Positions 12,401 to 25,434 of a stretch of DNA of 64,000 nucleotides are shown here, piece by piece. Within the stretch, counting starts at the first letter, position 1. Every line of letters starts with the position of its first letter. The DNA is from Octopus vulgaris (lineage: Eukaryota): positions 176,142,001-176,206,000 of the forward strand of contig OX597816.1 of NCBI GenBank assembly GCA_951406725.2, read 5' to 3'. The position numbers were made by a program, and so were the translations under genes. The notes under the pieces are model-generated. The model was not told where the DNA came from. It did not search any database and saw only the letters and a list, made by a program, of their open reading frames with translations.

Positions 12401-14430
12401 ATTCGCTTTTTATTAGGATATCGTATAAAAATGCGATAGTAAAATCACTGTCCGCCAGTATTGTATCCATTACTTGTTGAAATATTGAAGGGACCACTTT
12501 TACACCGAAGGGAAGCCGCTTGAATTAAAATAAGCCACGGTGTGTATTAATGGCTAATAAGTGTGAGTATTCTTCTTCTACTTGGATTTGTAAATATGTC
12601 TCTGAAAGGTCTTAATTTTGAGTATTTCCTTCCATTCAATTTTGCAAACACAGCCTCAGGACTCGGCAGTGTGACATTAAGCAATCATTCAACCCCGTTG
12701 AAAAATTTGCACAAACTCGTATTATTTTTCTTTTTTACTTAGACCACAGGTGCTGTCCAATCTGAGTGGTCAGTCTTCTCGACTATTCATGGGCTTTCAA
12801 GTCTTTCAAGTTCCTTATTTACCTATTCTAGCACCGCGAACGGTACATTTCGTTTTGGCTAAAATACAAACGTTTGTTTCACTACAGTTTTGCCTTCGTT
12901 TTCGTGCAAATATCTTGAAATGAATGTTTTATTTTTCGTTTCAATCCCTTCGACTGGACCGACTTATGGCCGTATTCCACAATTTGAACAGTTCCATCCA
13001 CTCTGTGCCGAATAGATTAACTGAATTTTTAACACTTATACGTTTGCCGTTTTCATTTGGTCACGAAATGTCACATTACACACAAATTCACCTACAAAAT
13101 GCAATCTTTTACCCGTAACACCGTGTGTTACTTTTGGAGATTTCCTTAATTTCGGTTTACCGATATTCTTCCAAGTTTCTTCATTCACAATGGTAAAATC
13201 ACTTCCAGTGTCTAACTGCATTTTCACTCGTATATTTTCAATTTTCACATTTACTCATTTTCTCTTTATCACATTACCATTTTCTTCCATTGACATCTTG
13301 TTTACTCTACTCTTTTTCCTTTGTTCCAACGTTTTGTCATCTTGGTTTTACACTGTGCTTTTACGTGTCCAATTTTTCTACGACGGAAACACTCCACTTT
13401 CTTAAATGGGCAGTTTTTCTCAGGTGTAGACCTCCACGTGCAAAACATAGGTTTGTTTCCTGATTTTTGTCCTGTTTGTACTGTATTTTAGAACACACTT
13501 GCTTTCTATTCTGACTGCTTCTCACTTGTTTCACTTGGGAGTAATCTTTATGTTCAATTTTCTCAGTGTCGTGTCTTAAATTTACTATTCTTTCGCACAT
13601 TCTGACACTTGTTGTAAGGATACAGTTTAGTTTTGTTCCAGCTTAGCGAGAATTCTTGTTCTTACTTCAACGTCTTTTTTCTTTTTTTTTTGCAGTTAGT
13701 CCCTGAGTAAATATCAGGTACTTGAACACATGTGGCGTTAATTCGTCCCGTTTGAAGGTTTCACATTCTCTGTTAACTCTACCAGCATATGTAATGTAGT
13801 CCTCCTCGTTGATCGTTTCTAGGTTCAAACACTTCCAGCGTGTATTGAACAACGAGCTTTTCTCGCTAAAAATTCTACACAGTATGTCTGTTGTATTTCT
13901 AAAGTTTATGTCAAAAAGTCTCTTCGGGAGTACGTAATTTCTGCAACGCTCATGTTCTTCTCCTGCCAGTTTTCTTATGATTAGACACGTTTTCATAGCA
14001 TCGTCCCAATCTTTACACTCTTTACAGAAGATTTGTTCGTATCTTCTAAAGTACGTCCCGAAGGTAGCTCCTTCGTCTGGTTCTTACTTAAATTACGTTA
14101 TTGAGTTTACAACATAATCTGACAAGAACGTCTTTTCAGCATTTTTGGGTGACTTACTATTCATTAATTGCAGCATTCGTTGTAATAGTAATTGTTGTTG
14201 TTCTCGCAGCTGTTGTTGCTGTAATAGTAATTGTTGTTGTTGTTGCTGTTCCTGCTATTGTTCCTGCTATTGTTCCTGCAGTTGTTGGTGCTGCTTCTGC
14301 AGCTGTTGTTGTTGTTGCTGTTGTTCGTGCAGTTGCTGTTTCTGCAACTCGAGAAAACTGCCCAACAAATCTTCCCTAATTTTACGATTTTTGTAGCACA
14401 TACCACTCGTCATGTTGGGAGGGGGTGTTC

Positions 14431-14496
<66 letters not shown>

Positions 14497-14506
14497 CCCC
14501 ATAACA
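9476..14506 (-). mobile_element. Gypsy/Ty3 LTR retrotransposon, decayed
   Basis: Gag-like region (13667-14100), protease VKMQLDTGSD, RT remnants, RNase H (LQTDHYPLL), integrase (WSRLHIEFA, YHPRSNGQAER). PPT aaaaggggaga precedes the 3' LTR start TGTTAT at 9687. Partial 5' LTR at 14398-14506. Confidence 0.92.
11716..12133 (-). mobile_element. SINE family A, full length, nested in Gypsy pol
   Basis: Full match to the reverse complement of 23666-24082. TSD tacatt. Confidence 0.9.
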
Positions 14507-14520
14507 TATATATATATATT

Positions 14521-14697
14521 TAGGGAGAGTTTACGAAAAAAAACAAAAGACGAAGACAGGTGGTGTACAAAACAAACAGATGTATTAGTATAACGCTCAG
14601 GAATAGAAAAATTCTTTTACGTTTCGAGCCTACGCTCTTCTACAGAAAGGGACACAGAAAAAACAAGGAGAGAAAAAAATGTGTATAGTGGCTAACG

Positions 14698-14700
<3 letters not shown>
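14521..14700 (-). mobile_element. PLE 3' terminal piece with hammerhead (14613-14650)
   Basis: Homologous to 793-1000. Minus strand: cttt CTGTAGA a gagc-gtag-gctc GAAAC GTA aaag. Confidence 0.75.
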
Positions 14701-14767
<67 letters not shown>

Positions 14768-14771
<4 letters not shown>

Positions 14772-15240
14772 TAATCTAAACAAGAAAACAAAAAGACAAC
14801 AACGCAAGGATGTGGAACAAATAAAATATTATTGGGCGCTCAGGAAAGAAGGGAAGAAGGAGGGTATGACGTTTCGAGCGGAGCTCTTCGTCGGAAACAT
14901 AGGAGAAAGAAAGATCCCGAGGTGGGAGGACAGAGGGGAAAAAATGCAAGTGGTCTTCACGAGGTCACATACTGAAAAGGCGGAAGTGGTAAAAAAGAAG
15001 GAGGATGTTTTCAAAAACAGGAGAACGGAATCAAAGAAGGAATGGTAAACAAAGGTGTGCGAGATGACAAGGGTGTGTGTGTGAGCATGTGCGTGTGTGT
15101 GTATGTGTGTATATGGTGGGCAATGGCTAGTGGCAAGCAGCAGTTAGCGAGTGAGGAAGGCAGGTCAGAAACAGGGAGGCATGTGTGTGTGCGTGTATAT
15201 GTCTCGTGTGAGTGTACGTGTGCGTTTTTTTGTGTGTATG
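14768..15240 (-). mobile_element. PLE 3' terminal piece with variant hammerhead (14863-14900)
   Basis: Minus strand: CCGACGA a gagc-tcc-gctc GAAAC GTC. Shares the gcgctcagga motif with the adjacent family. Confidence 0.6.
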
Positions 15241-16705
15241 GCGAGTAACTGTGCTTAACTAAGTGTATGTGTGGGTGTGTGTGTGTGCTTGTATGTGCGT
15301 ATATGTATAATTGTGTGCATGTATGTATGTGTGCGTGCGTATGTGTGCGCATGTTTTGGTGTGCGTATGTATGTGTGTGTCTGTGTTTATATGTATGTAC
15401 GTATGTGTATGTGTGCGTGCGCGTGGAGGCATATGTTGTGTGTATGTATATGTGTCGGTGTGTATGTGAATTCGTGTGTGTTTGTACGTGTGTAAGTGTG
15501 TGTGCGTGTATTGCATATATATATGTAAATGTGTGTGTGTAAGTGCGTGGGAGTGAATGTATGTATGTATGTGCGTGTGTGTACAAAACGTAGGGGTATT
15601 ATATGTGTGTTTATATGTTTATATGTGTGTATATATATGCATGCAAGGACACACTTCGCAACTGAAAGAATGATGGAAAATACTCTTGCGGTGACAGGCG
15701 CATGAGAAACCCCAGGCACAACGCACTGGCCCAGACGCGAACCCGAGATAAAGCCAGACCCCACAGGCATGCGTGCATGCATGTATGTATGTGTGCTCGC
15801 GCGCGCGCATGCATGTGTGTGCGCGTGCATGCGAGTACATGTGTAGGTATGTGTGTATGTATGTATGTGTGAGTGTGTATGTGTGTATGTCTGTGTGTAT
15901 GTCTGTGTGTATGTATGTCCGTATGAGTGTATGTAAGTATGTGTGTGTGTATATGTGTATGTATGTATGTGTGTATGTGAGGAAGTGTGTGTGTGTATGC
16001 ATGTATGTATGTGTGTGTGTATGTATGTATGTGTGTGTATGTGTGTATGTATGTATGTGTGTATGTGAGGAAGTGTGTGTGTATGTATGTATGTATGTGT
16101 GTGTGTATGTATGTATGTGTGCATGCGTGTATGTGTGTGTGTGTATGTATGTATGTGTGCATGCGTGTATGTGTGTATGTGTGTGTATGTATGTATGTAT
16201 GCATGTGCGTATGTATGTGTGTGTGTGTGCCTGTGTGTATGTATATGTGTATGTGCGTATATGTGTGTGTATGTGTGTGTATAAGTGTATGTGTGTATGT
16301 ATGTGTGTATGTATGGGTGTGTGTCTGTGTATGTTTGTGTGTGTGTGTATGTATGTATGTATGAGTGAAGGTATGAATGTATGTAAGTATGTGTGTGTGT
16401 GTATATGTAATGCATGTATGTATGCGTGTGCGTGTGTATGTGGGTGTGTATGTATTTATGTGTGAGTGTATAGGTGTATGTCTGTATGTATGTATGTCTT
16501 GTGTATGTATGTATGTGTATGTGTGTATGTGTGTGTATGTATGTATGTGTATGTGTGTATGTGTGTGTATGTATGTGTGTATATGTGTAAGTGTGTGTAA
16601 GTGTATGTATGTAGGTATGTATGTGTGCGCGCGTGCATGCATGTGTGTGTGTATGTATGTATACACACACACACACGAACGCACACTCACACACACAACA
16701 CACAA
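15240..16705. repeat. Compound (TG)n/(TATG)n microsatellite tract
   Basis: Visible low-complexity sequence. The long His/Thr/Tyr ORFs here are artefacts. Confidence 0.95.
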
Positions 16706-16708
16706 ACA

Positions 16709-19700
16709 ATCCCTTACCGTGTTGGAAGTGCTTGTGTGTTCCAATGATTCCAAGAGCGATGCCGTCTGGAGTCTTAGACTCCTGGTAGGGCTACCCATAG
16801 CAGGAAGGTTGAGGATGAGGTCCCAGCCTAAACACGACCAAACACCAAGATCAAGATCCCAACGGCGAAGCAAGCAGGGGAGGGCAATCTCAAAACCCCA
16901 AGGATTGACTCCGGCGGAAGAGTGCAACGCTTGGTGGGCAGGCGTTACAAAGGCGGATAGACTCTGGCAGCTCGCTGCAACCAGCCACAAGACTGCACTC
17001 AATTCTTGAGCCGCAGCGGAGACTTCCTGGCCAAGTGCGTGCGCGTGGCCGTTGCGCAGCCACGATCACCTCAAACAAGTTACTCAGCGACTGGATTCGT
17101 CTTTCTACTCTTTGAGTCCCCCAAAAAAAAAGCCCAATACCAATGGTATCGCGGGTGCTGGAGGCAGGTCTGGAAAGCTGGAAGCCTCCAGTCCGTGACC
17201 ACACATTAGCGGCAAATTTTAGATGGTCGCTCTCCAATGAATAGCCGTGACATTGGAGTTCAGCAGCTGGACTCGTGACTGGGCTGGCTTCTTTAGAATT
17301 ACCACAGCCCATCCTTTAAGGAGGAGTCCCTAGAAAAAGTGGGGGTAAACATCGGACACGGCAACTCGATCTGGTCAGCATACTGCGGCTGGCAGACCTC
17401 CCACTCAGTGGTCGGAACTCTACTTCTACTCACTCATCATCGACTACTAAATTCTTTGTTTCACAAACTCTCACTTCACTTTCGGGGTCTGGAATATCTG
17501 CACTCTCCAGAACAAGAGTTACATTGATCGCACGGAGCGACATACAGCCCTCGACTGCAAGGAGCTTGTCCACTTCAACATCGACGTGGCAGCCTTGAGC
17601 GAGACTAGGCTTCCCGGAGATGGCAGCATCAGAGAAGCTGACTCCAAATACACCATTTTTTTTAAAGGGGAAGAATCCTACGAACCACGCATCAACAGAG
17701 TTGGCCTTGTCATCAAAACGAAACTCGTAGACCAACACAGACTCGTCCCAACTGCTGTCAGCGAGGGCCTGATGACAGTTCGGATCCCGCTCATTCGAGA
17801 CAGATCCTTTACGCTGATCTTTGTGTACGCTCCTACCCTCACATCTGAAGACGACATCAAAGCTTCACTCTACAACCTGCTGGACCGAACTATCCAAACA
17901 GTCCCCGCACATGCAAACTCGTGGTGTTGGGGGACTCTAACGGTAGAGTCAGCAGTGACCATTGTCTGTGGAACTGCATTCTTGGTCATCACGGCATTGG
18001 GGAATGCAATGCCAACGGCCAGCTCTTCCTCGGCCTTTGCTCCGCGCATGAACTCGTCATCACCAACTCCCTATTTCGTCTCCTTAGCAAACAAAATGCG
18101 ACCTGGAAACACCAACGCTCTAAACACTAGCACATCCTCGACTACTTTCTGACAAGATGCAAGGACGGGCGAGATGTATGCATCACCCGCTCCATGCCTG
18201 GTGCAGATAGCTGCTGGATGGATCACCGTCTTATTATTTCTCGCCTTGACATCAAGGTCCGCCGCCCAATAATGCGGGTCTCAGTAAACATTCCTTACCG
18301 ACGCTTCGACTGCGCCATACTCCGGAACTCACAGGCATCCCAAGACTTCAGGAAATCCATTGAGAGACACCTGATGGACCTCCCAGAGCCGACCTCCATT
18401 GGGGGTCGCTGGACCAAACTTCGTGAAGCCATAACCGCTGCCGCCGAGGAGACGATCGGTTTTACTCAGAAGAACCAAGACCGGTTTGACGAGAATGATG
18501 AAACCATTTCCAGTCTTATCGAAGCCAAAGTCCGGACGCGCCTCACCTTCGAGAACCATGCCACTGCAGAAAACAAACGAAAACTCTAGCAAGCATTAGT
18601 GGAATACCAGCGAGGAATTTGAGAAGCTCAGAACATCTGATGACAGAGGAAATCAGGGGAGATGCAAAACTATGCAGACCAACGAGACTTGTACCGCTTT
18701 TATGTCGCAATCATCTTCGGTCCCACAAGGCCATCAGTGGATGGCTTGAAAAACGCAGCTGGCTCTACGATAACCGACACCCAGGGAATCCTCGATTGCT
18801 GGAAGACCCATTTCTAGAGCCTACTAAACAACCACTCACGCACTCCTGACAATCTCCTCCAAATCACCCCACAGATCTCCATCCGCCATTGGATGTCCCT
18901 GCCGCCTTTGCCCTATGAGTTCAACAAGGTATTCGAGCGCATGAAGCTCATCCCGTTTGAGTTTTTCACGCACGGAGGTCCTGAGCTGAGAAATCATCTG
19001 ATGCTCCTTATCCTTAAGATCTGGGAAAGCAAGACCCTCCAGAACGACTTCCGCGATGCGACTATCGGGGCATCTCACTCCTGAGTATTGCAAGCAAAAT
19101 CTTCGCCTGTATCCTACTCTGTCGTCTCCTCATCCTCGCGGAAGACGTCCTCCCTGAGTCCCAGTATGGCTTTCGACCCTCTCGAGGCACAATCGACATG
19201 ATCTTTTGTTCCCGCCAACTTCAGGAGAAGTGTCAAGAACAACAATGTTCATCTTCTGGGATCTGACGAAACCCTTTGACAAGGTCCCCCGTCCTGCAAT
19301 GTGGGCCGTCCTTGCTCGGTTTGCATGTCCGAAGGACTTCATTGCCCTGGTCCGCTCCCTTCGCGGCAGCATGGTGGGTAGGATATACCATCAAAAATAA
19401 GGCGGCGAGCTGGCAGAATCGTTAGCACGCCGGGCGAAATGCTTTGCAGTATTTCGTCCGCCGCTGCGTTCTGAGTTCAAATTCCGCTGAGGTCGACTTT
19501 ACCTTTCACCCTTTCAGGGTCGATAAATTAAGTACCAGTTACGCACTGGAGTCGATGTAATCGACTTAATACCTATGTCTGTCCTTGTTCGTCCCCTCTA
19601 TGTTTAGCCCCTTGTGGGTAATAAAGAAATAGATATACCATCAAAATTTCCTCACAGACCCATTTCCCATCACGGTGTCTTAAGCAAGGATGCGTCCTGG

Positions 19701-20750
19701 CACCAACCTGTTTCTCTTTGTACATGGCCGCCATATTCAACGAAATCCCACCAGGCTCGCCTTCCATCAACATGCACTATTGCTTGGATGGTGGATTCTT
19801 CAATCTCGCACGTCTCCGCGCAAAGACAAGGATCTCCGCCATCTCAGTCCGTGAGTTTCAGTATGCCGACAACAATGCCAGCCCGAGCCAAACCGCAGAT
19901 GGCCTACAAACGACGGCCGATCTTTACAACGTGGCTTGCGAACGCTTCGGGATGCAGGTAAACACATTAAAGACCAAGACCCTGATCCAATCTGCACCAG
20001 GCCATGACAGTCCACCCACGAGCATTAGCATCAACGGCCAACCCCTAGAAGAAGTTGAACACTCCTCATACCTAGGAAGTATCGTTTCGAAGACACCCAC
20101 GTGTGAAAAGAACGTGGAGACCGGATCAGGGCTGCCTACTCCGCCTTCAGTAGACTCAGCCAACGGGTATTCTTCAACCACGCGCTGACCATCCGGACAA
20201 AGATCATGGTCTTCCGTGCCATTGTATTGTCAACTCATCTCTACACTTGAGACTTGGACGCTGTACCGCCGTGACTTCAAACACCTTAAATGCTTCCAGC
20301 AATCCAAGCTACGACAGATCCTCAATATTCGATGGGAAGATCACATTCCCAACAACCTTTGTCCGGAATACTTGCAATCAGAACAAGACCAAGAGGAGGT
20401 CCGAAATTCCGTTTTAAAGACCAGCTCAAACGGAATTTGGTTCAAACTAACTTCCAGCCATCCTCATGGAAACAGATTACCATGGACAGGACAGCCTGGG
20501 GGACTGCTATCTGCAATGGAGCCAGCTCCTTCGAGCAGAACAGACAACAGAATGAAGAGGTGTAACACAGAAGAAAGGAGCGTCTTCAGCATCCTCTACT
20601 CACACCGACCATTCTGCGCATATTCTTCCCACGACTCTTTCACCACCGACTTCGACTCCGAAGTCACATTCGGCACAAACATCGGCCGAGGAGACTGAAT
20701 AGAAACTGACGAACCGAATGCTCGGATACGAGCTAGTGCCGACGTCATGT
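16709..20750 (+). mobile_element. Near full-length RTE-clade LINE, frameshifted
   Basis: 5' UTR, endonuclease (AALSETRL, VYAPT, LGDSNGRV, MDHRL), RT (LPESQYGFR, DLTKPFD, FQYADN, YLGS) and C-terminal region. Confidence 0.92.
19401..19632 (+). mobile_element. SINE family B nested in RTE
   Basis: Family match with TSD gatataccatcaaaa. Confidence 0.9.
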
Positions 20751-22256
20751 GCGTGTGAGTGAAAAGGTTGAATTATATTTCGTCTTTTAATTTGGAGGGT
20801 TCCAAAAAACGATTTCTAATAGAAATTCTTCATATTTTGCTGGTAACTTACTGGCATAAGTTTGCAAATATGAAAATAATATTTGTATATAGTGTGTTAT
20901 GTGAATTTGTGGAAAGGTATCCCATAGAACCAACAATTTTGTTAAAAATGGAGAAGAGAAGATGTTAAAATTTGAAAGAATTTTAATACATGCATACGAT
21001 CGTTTCAAACAACGATATTAAAACATGCGAATTCATAGTAGAATAATTAAATTAATTTGATTAAATTAAATTAATTATATATCACTGTTCTCCTCAGTGC
21101 AAAAAGTATAAACAAAAAATTATCATCCCAGAGGACTTGATACAGGAAATAACAGAGAATATTTTCGGATATCCATATTTATCCTTATGCAAATTACGAG
21201 CATCATAATAACTAACGGTTATTTGAAAATATAAGTAGAAAAGGTTTTATGAGACGTTCCCTCAATAAAGGAGTAAGTAGATAAGTAATTCAAACTCCAA
21301 ATAAGTCATGGATGTAAGGAAGTTTTAAAGAAATATCCAGTGGAAAAGCATAGTTATGTTTGAATTAGGATATATCTTGACAGTTATAAATATTATTAGG
21401 TATTCCTTTACTACTTTGAAATAGAATCAGAACTAAATACATTTATTCAAGTTATATGTTCTGCATTATGACGACGTAACTTCGTCGTCTGCGTGACTGA
21501 CTCGAACGGCGTACCTCACCGACTGGTACTGCTTGCTGTGTCCGTCCACCATTTATCAACAGTGGAACAGCCCACCTCTCACTTGAATGCTTCCTCTGCT
21601 CCCTCCGTGTTCTTCTCACCTTCTAGTACCGCCACTTCGGCACTCTGCTCTTGTTCGGTAGTCTGTTGCTTCTGTTCCTCTTCACCTTTATTTCCTTTCT
21701 GGGGGCACCTTGCGCGGGGAGACCTTCAACAACTATATAACAATGCGACTCACGTCTAACCGGGATCAAAAATGATTAAAAAAACAACAAAAATACCTCG
21801 CCGACTGTAATTCTTTATTACCTAGGCCATAACACGAAGGGGACAGCCTACTTCTCACTTATCAAGGGATGTCTGAAATTAAATTTTATTTTGTAAAAAT
21901 GAAAAAAAGTATATTTTCGCTGAGTACTGTAGTACTGATTGCATTTTATAAATTTCATAACTTATTCTTCATTATATTTCTCTTCCAGAAATTTATTACA
22001 AAGAAGAAAATGACGGAATATTTTCGATAAAGAAAGAATAAAAGCTCACATACCTATGGTTCGAAGCAGAAACAAATGCAAAAACATTTCAAGAAGGAAA
22101 GAAAGAAAAGAAAAGGAAGGAAAGACGCATGTTTTCCATATAAGAAGTTGACTGGAATTGCAATATTTTGTGATTTTAATTTATTACACTCACACTTATC
22201 GAAAAACATTTTAAAAAATAAACCAGAATTTACTTAATTTCTAATTTGTAAAGAAA

Positions 22257-23279
22257 ATGAGGATGTATGCCAATTTTTCGCTACAGAATCGGACAGAAGA
22301 CAAACTAATCCGTCATTCAGGAACTATAGTTATTTTGCGTACAATATTGCTTGTACTCATCACTGTAGCCATTATTTTTAGCAACATTATTAACATGTGG
22401 ATTCTTAGAAAAGTCAGGGAACTTCAGACCTTAGGAAAGGTTCTTCTCATTAATTTGAGCGTTGCTGATTTTATAAATGGTTTCTTTGTTTGTTTGCCTG
22501 CTGTCTTAGCTTCCGCCTATGACAGGTGGTTATTAGGTACTACATATTGCACAGTATCATGTATTTTGCATGGCATCACGTGTACAGTATCGATTTGGTG
22601 CTTAGCTATCGTTAGTTTAGACAGATATATCGCTATTAACTTCCCAGTCCGATATCGAAACGCTAAAAAGATGTACTATTCAATTGGCATTTTGATAGCA
22701 GTTTGGTTGTTTTCTTTGATAACTTTTCTTTCCCCACATATTTTCGATTCAAAATATTACGGATATCAAGAGACTATCGTTATGTGTGGAATGAAGTGGA
22801 AATCAGTAATTTTTTGCATTGCTACAGGTCTCTATATTCCTATTTTAAGTGCTGCCGTAATCTTTTTTTCTTCGTACAAAGTTTCAAAGGCCCTTCTAGC
22901 AATTCAACAAGCGAAAACTAATCGCCGAGGACAGGTAAAATGTTCCAGAGATTTGAAAGCTATCAGGATGCTAAAAATAAGCACAATATGTTACATTGCT
23001 GCCTGGGGTCCTTATACACTAATTGCCTACTTGAAGGCCTTTAATGTGTTTACAGATGTACCCGAAGAAGTTGAATTCACAGTGGCTTGGTTGGCAAACA
23101 GCAACAGTTTCATGAATGTCATCATATACTCAGGACACTTGGACGGGTTCTTACGTCAGCTAAAAAAGAATTTCTCCTGTTGCATGTGCTCTCGTTGTTG
23201 TAAGGATAACGCAGTCTACCCGGATGTACGTGAGGATTCCAATTTACCCTCCACAATCACTCAAACAAACATTTATTAG
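22257..23279 (+). CDS. Class A (rhodopsin-like) GPCR, single coding exon, 340 aa
   Basis: Seven hydrophobic segments. TM2 NLSVAD, TM3 C...SLDRY, TM6 AWGPY, TM7 NSFMNVIIY. N-terminal N-glycosylation sequons NFS and NRT. Cys-rich tail. Likely 5' UTR splice acceptor tctcttccag at 21989. Confidence 0.93.
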   Translation: MRMYANFSLQNRTEDKLIRHSGTIVILRTILLVLITVAIIFSNIINMWILRKVRELQTLGKVLLINLSVADFINGFFVCLPAVLASAYDRWLLGTTYCTVSCILHGITCTVSIWCLAIVSLDRYIAINFPVRYRNAKKMYYSIGILIAVWLFSLITFLSPHIFDSKYYGYQETIVMCGMKWKSVIFCIATGLYIPILSAAVIFFSSYKVSKALLAIQQAKTNRRGQVKCSRDLKAIRMLKISTICYIAAWGPYTLIAYLKAFNVFTDVPEEVEFTVAWLANSNSFMNVIIYSGHLDGFLRQLKKNFSCCMCSRCCKDNAVYPDVREDSNLPSTITQTNIY

Positions 23280-23313
23280 ATGTCTGTAGATGCAGGGGCA
23301 TGAATATGTGTGT

Positions 23314-23493
23314 GTGAAGCGTTCCATGTTTCTAGGCGCAGGAGTGGCTGTGTAGTAAGTAGCTTGCTTACCAACCACTTCGTTCCGGGTTCAGTCCCAC
23401 TGTGTGGCACCTTGGGCAAATGTCTTCTACTATAACCTCGGGCCGACCAAAGCCTTGTGAATGGATTTGGTTGACAGAAACTGAAAGTGGCCT

Positions 23494-23495
<2 letters not shown>
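23314..23495 (+). pseudogene. U6 3' end fused to SINE A head (partial duplicate of 24677-24860)
   Basis: gtgaagcgttccatgtttc|taggcg junction identical to that at 24677-24700. Confidence 0.8.
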
Positions 23496-23546
<51 letters not shown>

Positions 23547-23665
23547 CACATACATATCACGCGCGCGCGTTAATATTTGGCCGAAGCAACGGAGTGACTC
23601 AAGGTCACAAAGTTTCGTGTGTTGGCACTTATCAATGACACGTGGGTAATTCATATTTTTCAAAT

Positions 23666-24082
23666 AGGCGCAGGAGTGGCTGTGTGGTAAGTAGCTTGCT
23701 AACCAACCACATGGTTCCGGGTTCAGTCCCACTGCGTGGCATCTTGGGCAAGTGTCTTCTGCTATAGCCCCGGGCCGACCAATGCCTTGTGAGTTGATTT
23801 GGTAGACGGAAACTGAAAGAAGCCTGTCGTATATATGTATATATATATATGTATGTGTGTTTGTTTGTGTGTCTGTGTTTGTCCCCCTAGCATTGCTTGA
23901 CAACCGATGCTGGTTTGTTTACGTCCCCGTCACTTAGCGGTTCGGCAAAAAGAGACCGATAGAATAAGTACTGGGCTTACAAAAAAAGAATAAGTCCCGG
24001 GGTCGAGTTGCTCGACTAATGGCGGTGCTCCAGCATGGCCGCAGTCAAATGACTGAAACAAGTAAAAGAGTAAAAAGAGAGT
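23666..24082 (+). mobile_element. SINE family A, full length
   Basis: A box TGGCTGTGTGG, B box GGTTCAGTCC, internal TA/TG tract, (gtaaaaga) tail. Confidence 0.9.
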
Positions 24083-24166
24083 ATACACGTATACACATAC
24101 AAACACAAACGTACATATACATATGTATACACACATACGCGCGTGCGTACACACACATGCATATAT

Positions 24167-24397
24167 ATTTCTTTACTACCCACAAGGGGGCTAAACACAG
24201 AGGAGACAAACAAGGACAGACAAAGAGATTAAGTCGATTACATCGACCCCAGTGCGTAACTGGTGCTTAATTTATCGACCCCGGAAGGATGAAAGGCAAA
24301 GTCGACCTCGGCGGAATTTGGACTCGGAACGTAACGGCAGACGAAATACGGCAACGCATTTCGCCCGGCGTGCTAACGTTTCTGCCAACTCGCCGCC
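24167..24397 (-). mobile_element. SINE family B
   Basis: Reverse complement match to 6765-6995. Confidence 0.9.
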
Positions 24398-24594
24398 TAT
24401 TAACAAATATGTACGCATAGATGCATCTACATATATATAAAACTTTTACACGTTTATATATACAATAAATAAATAAAATAATATAAAACTTTCCTTGTTT
24501 TCTTTTCTTTCTTCTTCTAGTTACATACGCATGTATATACGTATACACGCGCGCGCGCATACACTCACACATATATGCGTGCAAACATAAAATA

Positions 24595-24695
24595 TGCTTC
24601 GGCAATACATATTCTAAAATTGGAACGATACAGAAAAGATAAGCATGGGCCCTGCACAAGGATGACACGCAAATTCGTGAAGCGTTCCATGTTTC
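24595..24695 (+). pseudogene. U6: U6 snRNA pseudogene
   Basis: gcttcggca...aaaattggaacgatacagaaaagataagcatgg...aaggatgacacgcaaattcgtgaagcgttccat matches U6. The ACAGAGA box is mutated to ACAGAAA, the 5' end is missing and there is no oligo-T terminator. Confidence 0.93.
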
Positions 24696-24860
24696 TAGGC
24701 GAAGGAGTGGCTGTGTAGTAAGTAGCTTGCTTACCAACCACTTGGTTCCGGGTTCAGTCCCACTGTGTGGCACCTTGGGCAAGTGTCTTCTACTATAACC
24801 TCGGGCCGACCAAAGCCTTGTGAATGGATTTGGTAGATAGAAACTGAAAGTGGTCTACAC
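24696..24860 (+). mobile_element. SINE family A head fused to U6
   Basis: Begins immediately after the U6 3' end. Confidence 0.85.
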
Positions 24861-25276
24861 AAACACACACACACACTCACACACATATATATATATATTG
24901 ATAGAAATGGTAAGACAACAAACGAATGAAAAAGACCTCGATATAATGTAAATAGAGGAATTTATCTGTAAATATAATAAGTGACAATTATTCGGTTGTG
25001 TTGTATACATTCGCCGCTTTCTTCCAAGGAATCTAATGCACTTAGCTTAGTTTTTCCTTAGGGCTGGCCAGATTGGAGCAATCTCAAGTATAATCAGCTG
25101 AAATCGCGAAGATACTCTGGTACTTGACTGAAGACAGAAAACTTCAAATGACCCATGACCTGTCCTTGTTTTCTTTGTCTCGTCTATCTGGATGTTTTGC
25201 GTTCTTGTCCCATTTTGTATTATATATATATACATATATATACATATATACATATAGCTGTGTACGTACACTTTGG

Positions 25277-25313
<37 letters not shown>

Positions 25314-25332
25314 GTTTATATATATATATGTT

Positions 25333-25434
<102 letters not shown>

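Noticed and set aside
15387-17002. 440-463 aa His/Thr/Tyr-rich ORFs
   Set aside because: Translations of TG/TATG microsatellite. The same applies to the YIYI ORFs in TA tracts and the poly-Ser/Glu ORFs at 32876-33381.
21457-21741. GC-richer block bounded by TGTT...AACA, possible solo LTR
   Set aside because: No matching TSD and no second copy in the window.
24595-24695. Functional U6 gene
   Set aside because: ACAGAGA box mutated, 5' end missing, no T-run terminator and no recognisable upstream promoter.
25020-25220. CTGAAGA-containing repeat end
   Set aside because: No downstream GAAA-stem III-NUH arrangement could be built.
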